This document shows, one piece after another, positions 47,601 through 60,031 of a DNA stretch of 64,000 bases. Source of the DNA: Callorhinchus milii (Eukaryota); contig NW_024704767.1 of assembly GCF_018977255.1 (NCBI RefSeq), positions 4,712,001-4,776,000 of the forward strand, read 5' to 3'. The notes below the pieces were generated by a model. It was not told the DNA's origin. It made no database searches and saw only the letters and a list, made by a program, of their open reading frames with translations. How positions within the stretch are numbered: the stretch's first letter is position 1; every line of letters starts with the position of its first letter. A program made the translations under genes and the position numbers.

Positions 47601-50600
47601 CATCAATATCATTGACGAGTTGCATCTAATTGGTGCAGTCCTTAATTCTTGCCTCATGTCCAGGCCAATGAGCAGGCATAAATACATATTGAGATTAACT
47701 ATTGAACAAAAATGTTACAATCATATGTTACCTTTGTATGTAGGTATGGTGTCTACCTTTGTTCCTTTCCCAGGTTTTCTCTCTGCAGGACGAATCATTG
47801 CTGCAGGCTTCACTTTGTGAGGGTTATAGTCCATCTTGTAGGTTGTAGAGTGATCCATCTGACCAGATTGTGGTCTGTATTCCTTCTGCACACGACCTGG
47901 TCTACGTGCAACATCATGAGGTACATAATCCGATCTGGAAAATAAGACAAAATTTGTTAACACAAGATATTTGTGTCAGTTGGCTCAGTTGCTAACACTC
48001 GCACTTCGAGGTGAGAAGCGTGTGTTTCAGCTCAAAACCAGGACATGAGCCCATAATATTAGATGATCATTCAAAATACTATACTATTAATACCCTTGAG
48101 TGACATGCTTTTGAGATATTCTGACTTGGTAACACTACTATAATGGTCATACCAGTCAATTCACTTTACAGTGTGTTCTGTGAAGCGCTTTGGGACGTCC
48201 TCCCGACGTGAAAAGCGCAATATCAAATGCAAGGATTATTATTATTATTATACCCTCATATACCATGCCTTAAAAGCCTGAATGCTTTACTGGTGGTGTT
48301 TGAAACCTTTAAGATGTTCCTTAACCTGCTCAGTGAAGAAGCCTTCCTCACAAAGGGAATCAGTGGAAATGTAACTTGAGAGAAGCCAGAAATGTAAAAC
48401 AAAAACATCTGATCAAAAGCAGCATTTCTTGAGCCATAAGTTGTGCTCCTCACACAGAGGCATCATGCAGAAGTTCATCCTGCAACATTTCAGCAGAATC
48501 TAAATATCTTTTAGGTGGTCCTTTCCAAAGCCAGAAGCTGTAGTATCTGTTCAAAGGAGCATCAAGCCCATGGCAAACCATTCATCTCTTTCATTAAAGA
48601 TTTCCCTATGGAATAAGTCTAATTGCTTTTTAAATGTGATCTAGGGATCACAATCAGAGGCTGAATGGAAAATCTGCGATGTACAATAAACACGTTGTTG
48701 TTCTGCCAATTTACCAGTACATGATATGTACAGATGTTTGGCCAAGATAGTCAATACAATATGTTTAGTCTTTTTTTGATAGATTTGTTGATTGTTTGCA
48801 CACTACCACACCAACTGGAGAACAGAGCACAATAGTGCCTACCATTTAGATATTTTATGTACTTGATATGACCAGCTTTGAATGCTGATGTATGCCACCC
48901 GGATAACCAAACTATGGGTTTACCTGAATGTTGATGTTCCTTCCATTCTACCCCGGTTTCCTTGCGTTTGGTTTACAGGTTTAAAGCTGTTCCGAGGCTT
49001 GACATTTCCATACAAAGGATACTTTTCATGATATTCAGTTAGCAGACAGGGCTCTCCACTCTTATCATAGAACCCTGTTGGCAGATGTGGGCAGTGATGA
49101 CGCCTGTTAAACAAGAAATATAATTTGTTTTTAGTTACTGTCACTATAGTATTGTGTTGACCAAAGCCAGGGGAGGCTTTAAAATCTAGCTTAAACAAAA
49201 AAAACTCAGGGATTTATTCTTCCCAGCTGAATTAGACTGGTGGTAGGCTAATAATTCTCCCCTTTTCGTTGTGCAAAGGGCTTTGCAATGCTGCCACATA
49301 GTGGTAGCATTCTATACAGAATGGAGCGATGTGCTTGTCTAATGTATCTCCAGTATGAATGGCAAAACAATTTACATGTGATTTATTTCCATTATGTTCA
49401 TGGTATTAAGCATTCCTGTTCTATGGAATGTTAATGTACAGAGGAATGTCAATATTGTTGTAGTATAACATCAACGAAATATAAATATTATATTCACTAA
49501 TTTTGTTGGTTTAAACAGCATAAGGTGTCATTGTGTCTATATTATATCAGCAATGTGCAGCGATTATCAAACAGCTATTGCTGTTGTTAACACTTTCATC
49601 CTCAATACCTACTCCCCACCCCACCATGCCAGATACTCTGTGAGATTTAATACAAATAAAAAATATAATAGGTGATAATTATCCTATGCAGTTAAAATGT
49701 GTACTTAAAATCCATTTTTAATGGCAGATTTGGGAGGGAATACCTAGTTTTGCACAGTCCTAACTGAAGATTCAATACCATCTCCATGACTTTAGCAAAA
49801 GAGGATTGTGAGTCTCCATTATTCCTGGTCATAGGAGCAGTAGTTCAGTGCTGTTTCACTGGATACTGTCCTTAAATTAATGCCACATTGAGTAATTCTG
49901 GGATTTCTCAACATCTGTGTGGCATGAAGCCAGAAAAACTAATGACATGTCAGCTGCAGCAAAATCTGCTGATTTGTGACTGGTTTCCAGTATTTGTTGA
50001 CACTATATAAGGCAAGCAATCATTTTTGTCAACAACTTTTACAGACTAAGTTATTGATTAATTTTAAAAATCTAGTAACAAATTTCCCAACCTTGAGAAT
50101 TAGTTAGCAAATAAAGCACCTTTGCCATTCATTACAGCATGAATTTAAATAATTAATTTCTTAATCCTTAAAACAAGATAGTTGAACAAACTAAAAGCAT
50201 TTCCCAGCAGTGGCTTTAGTTAAATAATGTCTGTTTTTTATTGCCTGAATTGTAAGAATAATTTTGAATTGCCAGTTTTCTTAAATACAGTAACTATTTT
50301 GTTGTTACATGGTATGCATTCAACATGTCTATTTGAGCTTCGAGTTCCTGATCATTTTTCCCTTGGTTTACCTTTACTTTGGGAATTTTCCTCCAATAGC
50401 CCTCCCAACGTTATTAGAAATGATTCCTAGGTTTTACCAAACAACACTGATACTTCACAGAAACTGATTAAACTCAGGCCCAGGTCAGATCTAATAGTGC
50501 AAAATTACAATCATTGTGTGCTTCTCCACTGAGTTGCCAATAAATTACAAACTCCCGAGTTTTATAGCTTGTGAAACCCCAAATAAACTCGCAAAATCGC

Positions 50601-53600
50601 AAAAGATCGTGGGATCTGAAGGTAACTGAAATCTGCAGGACCTATACTGGGAATGAATGAGAATACTTGTATTCGATCATGTATCTTATAAAATGGAAAT
50701 ATTTCCAAGCACATCGTGATGAGTTACCTTGAAAAACATCAGGCTCAGTAGTAAACAAACATTTTTATCCACAAGTTGTCTTTTGCTCTTATTCCGGATT
50801 TACCTTACTCAGCATCAACATTTTATTTCTAGGCATCTACATTTACTATTATGTGGAGAGCAAAATTCTTGTATTCTTTGTTCTCTCTCAGGGCTATTTT
50901 TAAACACTAGTTCTACACTCATCAAACAAGTCAGAAACCATCACTTACACCTCTTAGCATTTTAAGACCAGGATCAAATGACCCATATTGCTCATTATTC
51001 CAATGAACACAACTTATGTTCTATGACCCTGTCCTCATAACTGCAAATTGTGGGAATCATATTTGTCACACTTCTCTGGATCAATTCCATTTTATTTGAA
51101 TGTTGAGTTCCGAAAACTCCATAGTCATTTTAAAATGTGGCCTTGACTCAAACTTATTTTGACTTATAACCAAATATAGTTGAGTATTGAATAATCACAC
51201 CCATTTTTTTCTTTGTTGATGAATTCTCCTTCATTGTGGACATGTTTTCTGTTTTCTTTTCAATATACATGATATAGGCTTTTTAGATATATAAACAATC
51301 GCCCCTCAACCTTACAGTTACAATTTAAGTTATTTAGTCTATTTTATTTCGGGAAGATGACTTTTTGACTTAACTTTACTAATGTTGAGAGTACTAAAAT
51401 GTTTCAAAGACACATTTTATTTCATTTTACTGTTGAATAATTTTTTGTTCATGTACATATCCCACAACATAATATGCTGTATAACCAGTTTAAATACAAG
51501 TACAAGCAACAAGAAACACAGAGTATGCATTATGTCATGACATTCATTGTATGAAAATGATAACAATAAAAATTTAGCCAACTTGATTTGGATATCAAAA
51601 CTTTTTGAGTAGTGTGTAAAAATGCATAAATATTTATTGTCCATCTGTTCCTCCATTTTAAAAACTTTAGTAATCAGCAATGAATTTATTATCTTCATAT
51701 GCAGTAGTCCAAAGATGTAAGTACATAAGAATTTATAATTATACATTCTTAGCTGAACTGATGATATATTTTACCCTATGTTTACGGATGATGTATTAAT
51801 ATTCTAGCTAAAGTGATTTTGGAATCATATCCTTATCCAACGCTGAAACACTGTCACCATGTCTGAGGAAGAGCACCGAATGGACTCTGTTGGTATAAGA
51901 TCCAAAGCACAGCAGGCAGAGGAGGAGGTTTGCAGGATGTCACCTCGGTTGCAATATCCTCCACAGAGTCACTTTACAAATGCATTCCTCAATGCACCTG
52001 GAAAAAATGAAGTGACATATTAGACACACGGCTGTCATTGCCACCCTCTCAATCCGCCCCCATCCATGAGACAGTGAGCACTGAAGGCACCACAAGTGTA
52101 TTCAATGCTGTGCACACTGGCTTACACAAGCTGCACAGCAACATTACATACTTGTCTCACAGATAGCCAAACAGTTTTACTCTATTGCCAGTCTTCTGAC
52201 TACCTTCCTTTCAAGGACGTCATAAGCTAGAGTTCCTAGAGTCATCTGATGGCCTGACTGCCAAGGTTTCTGAGGCAGCCAGAGGGGGGACTTTGATTAA
52301 TGCATCATTCTACAGCTGACCCTGTGGAGGATCCCTGTTGTGCCCATTTTCAAAGTTCAGAATTTCTTCAAATAATTAAATTAACTTCTAATTCTTTTTA
52401 AGAAAAGTATAATCTATTTACCTTTTTTAATGTTTCTTTTTATATTTCTTCCTCCAAGCCATTTTCCCTTCCATTACAAAATAAAAATAAGGACTCTGCT
52501 CACTGAAGCGACCTTGCGTCCAGTACTTTATGGAGGATTCTGGTATCATATGCCACATCTTTATCCATTGGTTCCTCAATTCTTTCTGTCACACAAGTAG
52601 AGTTGGCTTGTATTGTGCCAAGCAATTCATTACAACAATTGAATAGAGTTCAATTTCCATTGATACACCTGATAATCTATTTAAGATTGTGAATTTCAAT
52701 ACTTCTATAAATCACAATGCAGTCATAGATGGTTACAGTATGCAGAACGTATGTGTAGTGATGTAGGTGTATTAATTGTTATTTATGTTGTGCTTTATAA
52801 CATACTGGAAAAAATGTGGAAAGTAGCAACATTCGCTTATTTTCGTCAGATCAGTCTTTAATTCATGGTTTAGTTATTGTATTCCCATCATTATTCATTA
52901 TAGAAAAAGAAAGAAAAAGAAAGTTTGTGTCAAAAAACAAATTTTTAAATATTTTTGTGATAATTATGCTGTTTATTTCTAATGTATGCATTTTACTATT
53001 CATGATAAATGTATGGTAATATTGATCCAACAGGATAATTCTAGCTTTGAAGAAGGTATTCTGAATAAGTTAATCATCAATTCATTTTTATTAAGAATTG
53101 ATGCCAGGTAATTAATTTGGATTTTAAATATAATTCTAAACTTTTGCTTCAAAATACTTTTTTAAGAATCTAAATAGGAAAGCAGTTTTCCTCTGTTGTA
53201 TGTACATGCTGGAATATTTCCTATAGTTTCCAGGTAACACTCTATGGCAACCTAATCTCAAATAAAAACAAAACAATACACAATACCTAGACAGAACATG
53301 CAAATGTTAGCACTTCCCTCGAAATGACAAAATGCTTTGAAAACCTTAAGCACAGGTTATCCCTAAATTCAGTGCACATTGTACTCACTATAAATTAGAA
53401 CATAAAAATTTTTTTTAGAGTATAATCATCATAATAACATTGATTTATAAAATAATGAAATTAACTTTAAAGTTATAAAAACATATTTTTAAATGTTTAC
53501 ATCTTGCGCTTACAAAAATATTTTGCTTTGCTGAAGAGTTTCAAGTTTGATAACTCACAGAAACATTTACTTTTTGTGAATTCTGGAGTGCACTGTTTTT

Positions 53601-56461
53601 TGCAGGTGGCGGCGGGGGGTTACACATTTCATTTGTCCTATTAATTCGCACCTGTTAAGCTGTACCCCATACCAGAACAGAACACTGGGAAGCTTCCCGT
53701 AAGCTTATCTTGCTACAACCATCCTATTATTGTACAACGCATCACATTAAAGACATCAACCCTTTAGTCTGTTCCTTTATGTGACAAGGCAATATTGTGA
53801 CAGACAGAATCAATGGGATAACAACAGTTTGAATGCTATTGATTATTCTGCATTATATCACAGTTTAATATGACATCACAATCATGGCCACTTCACATAG
53901 GACCTCGGCAAACCTAAACTCACAAAAATTATCAACCACCACGCGTGTTGTATAATTACAAGTACATAAATATAAGTCTGGAAAAATAGTCTTTCGTGTT
54001 GTGAACCATTGCATATCTGGTGCTCATGAATTATGCAGTCTGAGGTCACCAGATCGTTGGCCCATAATTCATTGTTCCTTGTGTATCATGGGTTAGGTTG
54101 GTTTCCATTACGACCACAGATTTGACACCAGTAACTGCATTGTACTAGAGTTACACACCCTAATAACAAATAACTCTGTGAGAGCGCCTTCATAGCTGCG
54201 GAAAGGCTGATTAACGGATTAAACCCTTGAGAACCATTCTTGTACAATATTAGCTATGTACTGGTGTGACCAAGTCAGTATTATGACGGTTCAAACTCAG
54301 CCAGGGTTCTTGTTCCTCGTTTCCAGGGTTTTACAGCACCCTCTACAGGTTCTGTGAATGTGTGGCAGCTGAGTCGAGGGAGGCCAGTCTCAGCTGTGAG
54401 GTCCTCTGTGGTCCATTGGCTTTCTGAGACTCACTGTCATGACGTTTCACACTTGTACAATGGATAGCTTGTTAGAGAGTAACCAATTCCCAACAAGAAT
54501 TCCCAACAAGCCAGGCCAGGGGCAGAGGGGCTCCTGCGTCCCAATGGGGAGAAAATAGGAAAAAAAAATTGAAGCTAACTCTGCAATTAAACAAGCTTCT
54601 TTTCAAACCCGCATCTGTTTGGGTAGCAGTAGGAGTGCTAAAATTGCCACCAGGGCCCCTTACTGCTGCATCAAGAATTGGGGGAGGAAAATTTGGCATG
54701 TTTCCTGCTCCTGATCATGATCCAGTGATCTCTGATGGGAGGCACACATGGTAAGGCTAACGGCAGACTCAGCTGTGATATGCCCTTCGATATGTCAACT
54801 TAGCAAAGGAGAGAGGTGAACGAACATATAGACACAAATGTATAGTATTTTAGGAAGCTTTGGAAGATGGATTAATGAGGTAAGATAGATGGGTAGAGAG
54901 AAGGCATTCCAGAGGGTGGTGACAATAACTGTTTCATCACTGATGGCAGGGTGGAGGTAGTGTAGGATGTGCAGCAGGCCTGAATTTGTAGAATGGAGTG
55001 GGCTTGCAAGGTTGGAGAAATTCAGATTCAGTTACGAATTGCCTGAAAGTTTATCTCTGTAGCAAACTGCAAACTGTTACAAAATGAGTTGTAAAATGTT
55101 TTGTTCAGTTTTAGTACATAACTAATTACATTAAAATGAATGAGAAAGTTCAGTTGTTGAAGGAACATTCTGAAATGTCTATGATATCACAAAGAGGTTG
55201 TTACACCAAAGCATTATTTTAAGAGAATAAAAAATCTTCTTTAGATTTTCACTGCTCAATGTGTTGTACAACATCTCATGATATGTCAAAGAGAAATGGA
55301 TAAAAACAAAAAAAATAAAGTTTATGTGGAGATACTGAAAGGGTTTGAGAGAATTAATCCCGATAAACTCTTTCCATTAGTAGGGGATCTGAGGACAAGA
55401 TTAATAGGATATCTGGTTAGGGGAATATAAAAACAGAGGTTAGAAAGAACTGCTCCCAGAAATGCATATTGGTTTCAGACAAGTAGCTATTTCTTCCTTT
55501 TTTTGTAAGTTAGCAATATTTTATTGGCACATTCAAGGAATAAATCAAGAAGCCTCGAAACCTCAGTAAGCATTCACTGGTTACCAAATATACAGCAATG
55601 GACTTAGACCAAAGACAATGCAAGTGGCCTTTTTGGAATTGCGTGATGTTCTCCTTTATTTAAAGCCTAGAAAGACTTTGGAATCAGGAAGAGTTGGACA
55701 AACTTCAGGATTAAAAAAAATGAAGAACAACAACAACTTGCATTTGTATAGCGCCCTTCACGCCGGACGGCGTCTCAGAGCGCTTAAGAGATAACATATT
55801 TTAGAGCCTACACTTCCCAAAAAATATAACTTACCCACTTCCACTCATGAACACTCAAGATCTTTGCAATACACTAGAACCATAACATTTTGTCAAATGT
55901 AACATTTCACAGGTCAAAATTTCCTGCCTTGCAGTAAGACTTAGATAAGAAGATCGCAGCTGTGAATATATATCGGAAGCAACACCGAACATGAAAGCAT
56001 TAAAACCGTGACTTAAAAGGAAACCGGATGGGTGGGCAGCCACTCCAAAACCCAACACAACCCAGACGCTTTGATGGGAGTTTGGTGTGTGTCCTCGGAA
56101 CCGGGAGCTCTCCGGGCAGCAGCGTGAGAGCACAGGAATTGGCGAGGCGAAAGGGGACCATCTGGTGCGCCCTTCCATCCTGGCAGGCGCTCGAACACGT
56201 CGCGGCGTCCCAAACTGTACGCTGTATTCCCGAGATATTATTCGTCCCAAACTACCCCGAGATATTATGTCCTGGCTGGCATCGTATCTAGTCGGATCTC
56301 GAAACGAATGGCATGGTCTGCTTTCTGCTGCCACTGTCTCTCTCCCTGGGGGGGAGGGTGTGGGGGGGAGAGGTGTGTGTGGGGGGATGGGGGGAGCATC
56401 GACTCTCAACTTACCCACAGGTGCAGATCTCGCAGATACATTTTTGGTTCAGTCTGGTCAT
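43695..56461 (-). CDS. SAXO2: Stabilizer of axonemal microtubules 2 (FAM154B), complete CDS in 4 exons, 472 aa
   Basis: Exons of 47+180+203+989 nt give 473 codons including stop. N-terminal CICEICTCG-RHHCPH motif, repeated Mn-type T(T/S)xxxD(Y/F) motifs, and C-terminal EICPASYPTPPGYIF as in SAXO2. Head-to-head with EFL1. Confidence 0.93.
45215..46095 (+). mobile_element. CR1 LINE 3' fragment (ORF2 C-terminus and 3'UTR) interrupted by a SINE
   Basis: KDIGEIEKIQRRVTKMIEG...LEKRLKDDMIVVFKILNG...VNLWNRLPREAVEA; the 3'UTR resumes after 46013 (gaactagatggaccttggtc). Confidence 0.88.
45708..46013 (+). mobile_element. Young full-length tRNA-derived SINE
   Basis: A box TAGCTCAGTGG, B-box-like GAGTTCAATCC, stem-loop CTCGC-TTTGCAA-GCGAG, and the standard body and tail. 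Confidence 0.92.
47732..47934 (-). CDS. SAXO2: SAXO2 exon 3 (SDYVPHDV...STTYKMDY...VDTIPTYK)
   Basis: ttttccag|A ... AAAG|gtaaca; phase 2-1. Confidence 0.93.
47980..48251 (+). mobile_element. SINE remnant: old tRNA head (~47980-48065) and a well-preserved tail (48153-48251)
   Basis: tggctcagttgctaacactc...; cagtcaattcactttacagtgtgttctgtgaagcgctttgggacg...ttattatta. Confidence 0.75.
48924..49103 (-). CDS. SAXO2: SAXO2 exon 2 (RHHCPHLPTGFYDK...MEGTSTFR)
   Basis: ttaacag|G ... TCAG|gtaaac; 180 nt, phase 2-2. Confidence 0.92.
55727..55790 (-). mobile_element. L2/SINE 3' tail with (TTG)n
   Basis: aacaacaacaacttgcatttgtatagcgccc, like the L2 end at ~749-790. Confidence 0.65.
56415..56461 (-). 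CDS. SAXO2: SAXO2 coding exon 1 (MTRLNQKCICEICTCG)
   Basis: ATG at 56461; TGTGG|gtaagt donor; Cys-rich SAXO N-terminus. Confidence 0.9.
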
Positions 56462-56505
56462 TCTGTGTCTCGCAGTTTACACTGTTCTCATTGCAAAGAA
56501 AGAAA

Positions 56506-56597
56506 GATATATATATATATATACATGTGTTTATATATATATATATATATTTAGACACTAAAGACACTGTGTGTAGTGCAGGGCCGGAATCCTGCAG

Positions 56598-56629
<32 letters not shown>

Positions 56630-56645
56630 CTCTCTCTCTCTCTCT
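56506..56645. repeat. (TA)n and compound (CT)n(GT)n(CT)n microsatellites upstream of the SAXO2 ATG
   Basis: Directly visible. Confidence 0.95.
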
Positions 56646-56794
56646 TCAAGCCTTGATTGTGTCCCAACAGGGACACGCGCCGTCTCTAGGCAAGCGCCGG
56701 GGTGTCCCCTGGCAACCGCCGCGTCCCTGGCAACGGCGCAAAGCAGGGCGGGGCGGTTCGAAGGTCAGAGGTCAGGCCGGGCCTCCGCTTCCGG

Positions 56795-56959
56795 TACATT
56801 GGCGCGAACGGGACTCGACGGTCGGGTGGCGTCGGGGCGCGCGTCTCGCGTCTGTGTTTTTGGAGAAAGAAAGAGAGAGAGAGAGGGAGAGGGAGGGATT
56901 GCTGCTCCTCCTCCTCCTGCTGCTGCTGCCTTCACCTCCCACCCACCCACCCACTCAGG
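56795..56959 (+). other. EFL1: Probable non-coding exon 1 of EFL1 (start approximate)
   Basis: CAGG|gtaagg donor at 56960 just downstream of the promoter core. The ATG exon has an acceptor only 13 nt before the ATG, so an upstream exon is required. Confidence 0.65.
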
Positions 56960-57083
56960 GTAAGGTGGCGACAAAGCGCTGCCCTGCGCCTTGTTCGCGC
57001 ATGGGCTGAGCTCATCACGTGTCGCCCTCTCTCCTATGACCAGCGCTTTTGACTTCACAGCCACCTCTGCTCGCCTTGTGCCT

Positions 57084-58760
57084 CCCCCCCCCCACACACA
57101 CACCCTCAACAACACCCCCCCCACACACACACCCTCAACAACACCCCCCCCACACACCCACACACCCTCAACAACACCCCCCCCACACACCCTCAACAAC
57201 ACCCCCCCCCACACACACAATAACACCCCCCCCCCCCACACACACACCTAACAACACCCCCCCCCACTCACACACACCCTCAACAACACCCCCCCCCACA
57301 CACACACACACCCTCAACAACACCCCCCCCCCCACACACACACCCTCAACAACACCCCCCACACACACACACCCTCAACAACACCCCCCACACACACACA
57401 CCCTCAACAACACCCCCCACACACACACACCTCCAACAACACCCCCCCCACACACACACACACACCCTCAACAACACCCCCCACACACACACCCTCAACA
57501 ACACCCCCCCCCACACACACACACACCCTCCAACAACACCCCCCCCCCACACACACACACCCTCAACAACACCCCCCCCCCACACACACACACCCTCAAC
57601 AACACCCACACACACACACCCTCAACAACACCCCCCCCCAAACACACCCTCAACAACACCCCCCCCCACACACACACACACCCTCAACAACACCCCCCCC
57701 CACACACACACACACCCTCAACAACACCCCCCCCCACACACACACCCTCAACAACACCCCCCCCCACACAACACACCCTCAACAACACCCCCCCCACACA
57801 CACACCCTCAACAACACCCCCCCACACACACACACCCTCAACAACACCCCCCCCACACACACCACCCTCAACAACACCCCCCCCACACACACACACCCTC
57901 AACAACACCCCCCCCCCACACACACACACCCTCAACTACACCCCCCACACACACACACACACCCTCAACAACACCCCCCCACACACACACCCTCAACAAC
58001 ACCCCCCCCCCCCACACACCCTCAACAACACCCCCCCCACACACACCCTCAACAACACCCCCCACACACACACCCTCAACAACACCCCCCCCCCACACAC
58101 ACACACCCTCAACAACACCCCCCCACACACACACACACACTCAACAACACCCCCCCCCACACACCCTCAACAACATCCCCCCACACACACACAACAACAC
58201 CCCCCCCCACTCACACACCCTCAACAACACCCCCCCCACACACACCCTCAACAACACCCCCCACACAACACCCCTCAACAACAACCCCCCCCACACACCC
58301 TCAACAACCCCCCCCCCCCACACACACACAACAACACCCCCCCCCACTCACACACACCCTCAACACCACCCCCCACACACACACCCTCAACAACACCCCC
58401 CCACACACACACACCCTCAACAACACCCCCCCCACACACACCCTCAACAACACCCCCCACACACACACCCTCAACACCCCCCCCCACACACACCCTCAAC
58501 AACACCCCCCCCACTCACAGACACACACCCTCAACAACCTCCTCTCCCCTCCTCAACAACTCCCTACCCCCCCTCAACAACCCCCTGCCCCCCCTCCTCA
58601 ACAACCCCTGCCCCCACTCCACAGACACACAAACAACCTCATCCCCCGCCCCTCCTCAAACCCCCCCACAGACACACAAACTCAACAACCCCTTGCTGCC
58701 GCCCCCCCCCCCCCCCCCTCCCCCCCCCTCCCCCATCCTCAACAAACCCCCACCCCCCAC
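57084..58760. repeat. Minisatellite, unit ~CCCTCAACAACA-(C)5-10-(AC)n, about 25-33 bp, in EFL1 intron 1
   Basis: Dozens of tandem units with variable C-run and AC-run lengths; almost no G on the + strand; decays after ~58540. Confidence 0.97.
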
Positions 58761-59940
58761 AACCTGGTGCCCACCTAGGGTTCCCTACCCCCCAATGTCA
58801 CCTCCTCACCCACCACCCCTATCACCTGATAATGAAGTAACTCCCCAATACAACAATAATAATCTTTGAATTTGCTACAATGCCTTTCTTAATTATGCTG
58901 AGTTTGTTGAGGGACATGCAGATTTCATATGCTTATTGATCAATATCTCCGAATGTAGTGTAATATTTTAGGCAGGTGGAATCAGTCTTGTTTATGCTGG
59001 TACAGGTATCGGGATGGATTGGTTTTGCAAATGAGGCTTTTTTTAGATTAGATTTTTTAGATTACACCATGTTGATTTCACTAAATGTTGCAATTACTGG
59101 TTCGGTTACAAAAGTAAACAAAAACAACTCTTTAGATTGTTTTTCTTTTTTGTAGCTTGTTTTCAGAAGTTATGTCAATATTGATATAGTGAAAGTGTTA
59201 CATATTGGATTGAAGTGTCAATTTGAATATTTTACAGAATAAGCATTAAAGTTATTGTATTTTCGTATACAATGGAATTTGTCTCATCTCCTCAGATTAT
59301 ATGAGTGAATAGCCCTGAGTTTCCTACATACAGTGAATACTAATTTCTTACACATGGGCTAAATCCATAAAATAATCACTAGTATACTTAATGTAACATA
59401 GGTTTTTTATTTAAAAAAATATTTAAAGCATTAATTTTACCACTTTGCACACTAAAGAAGTGAACAAGCAAATAGTTCAGTGTACAGCATAGCAGACACT
59501 ATTTTGTGAGAGAGAGAAACAACTCCAATATTATGAAATTTAATAGTATCTTAAGTTTTCAAGCTTGTCAACTGCAAGCTTTTTTCTACTGCAGTGTAAC
59601 ACATATAAACTGTAAGATGAAAATGTCCAAGAATGACTCACACGCCATCACATCACTTCAAAGAGGATGTCACAAAACACCATGTATTGAAAGCCAATCC
59701 GCTCTTAAATTAATTTAAATTAAGTTAATTTCAACTACTATAGTTTTTACAACTATAGTTGGTTTGCTCCTCAATCAGATTCTCCAGTATTCTGACCAAC
59801 AACATAATTTTGAAACAGTCTAGTGAGTTATAATATTCTATCAAAACCCTGGCATGTGTTCCTTTAAATTATTCTATCTATATGTGTGGAATTATGAATA
59901 TATTAATACATAATTGTACTTTTTCAGAATTCAATAAAAA

Positions 59941-60031
59941 ATGGGTCATACTAGTTTGGAAAAAATAATTGCTCTGCAGAGCAAAACTGCCAACATCCGA
60001 AATATTTGTATCGTAGCTCATGTGGACCATG
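59941..60031 (+). CDS. EFL1: EFL1 first coding exon (exon begins at 59928)
   Basis: ttttcag| acceptor at 59927; ATG at 59941; CATG|gtaagc donor. Confidence 0.93.

Larger units (their letters stand above)
56020..57080. promoter_or_regulatory. CpG-rich bidirectional promoter shared by SAXO2 (-) and EFL1 (+)
   Basis: The most CpG-dense stretch in the window, between divergent genes. Contains X-box-like motifs (56682-56734), a GC box, a perfect DR1 AGGTCAgAGGTCA (56762-56774) and an ETS core CTTCCGG (56788-56794). Confidence 0.85.

Noticed and set aside
51780-51852. C/D-box snoRNA-like pattern (ATGATGT...CTGA with short terminal stem)
   Set aside because: The C box is imperfect, it is antisense to the host intron, and there is no recognisable rRNA guide.
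55855-57251. Several overlapping 80-230 aa ORFs around the promoter
   Set aside because: Expected in a GC-rich CpG island with microsatellites. Only 56415-56461 has recognisable coding identity.
57084-58540. Repeat-spacer appearance suggesting a CRISPR array
   Set aside because: The variable parts are just C-runs and AC-runs, not unique spacers. The context is vertebrate and there are no cas genes.
57049-58869. 606-aa Pro/Thr/His-rich ORF and overlapping Gly/Val/Cys-rich antisense ORFs
   Set aside because: A C/A-only minisatellite almost cannot form stop codons. There is no domain signal and it lies in EFL1 intron 1.
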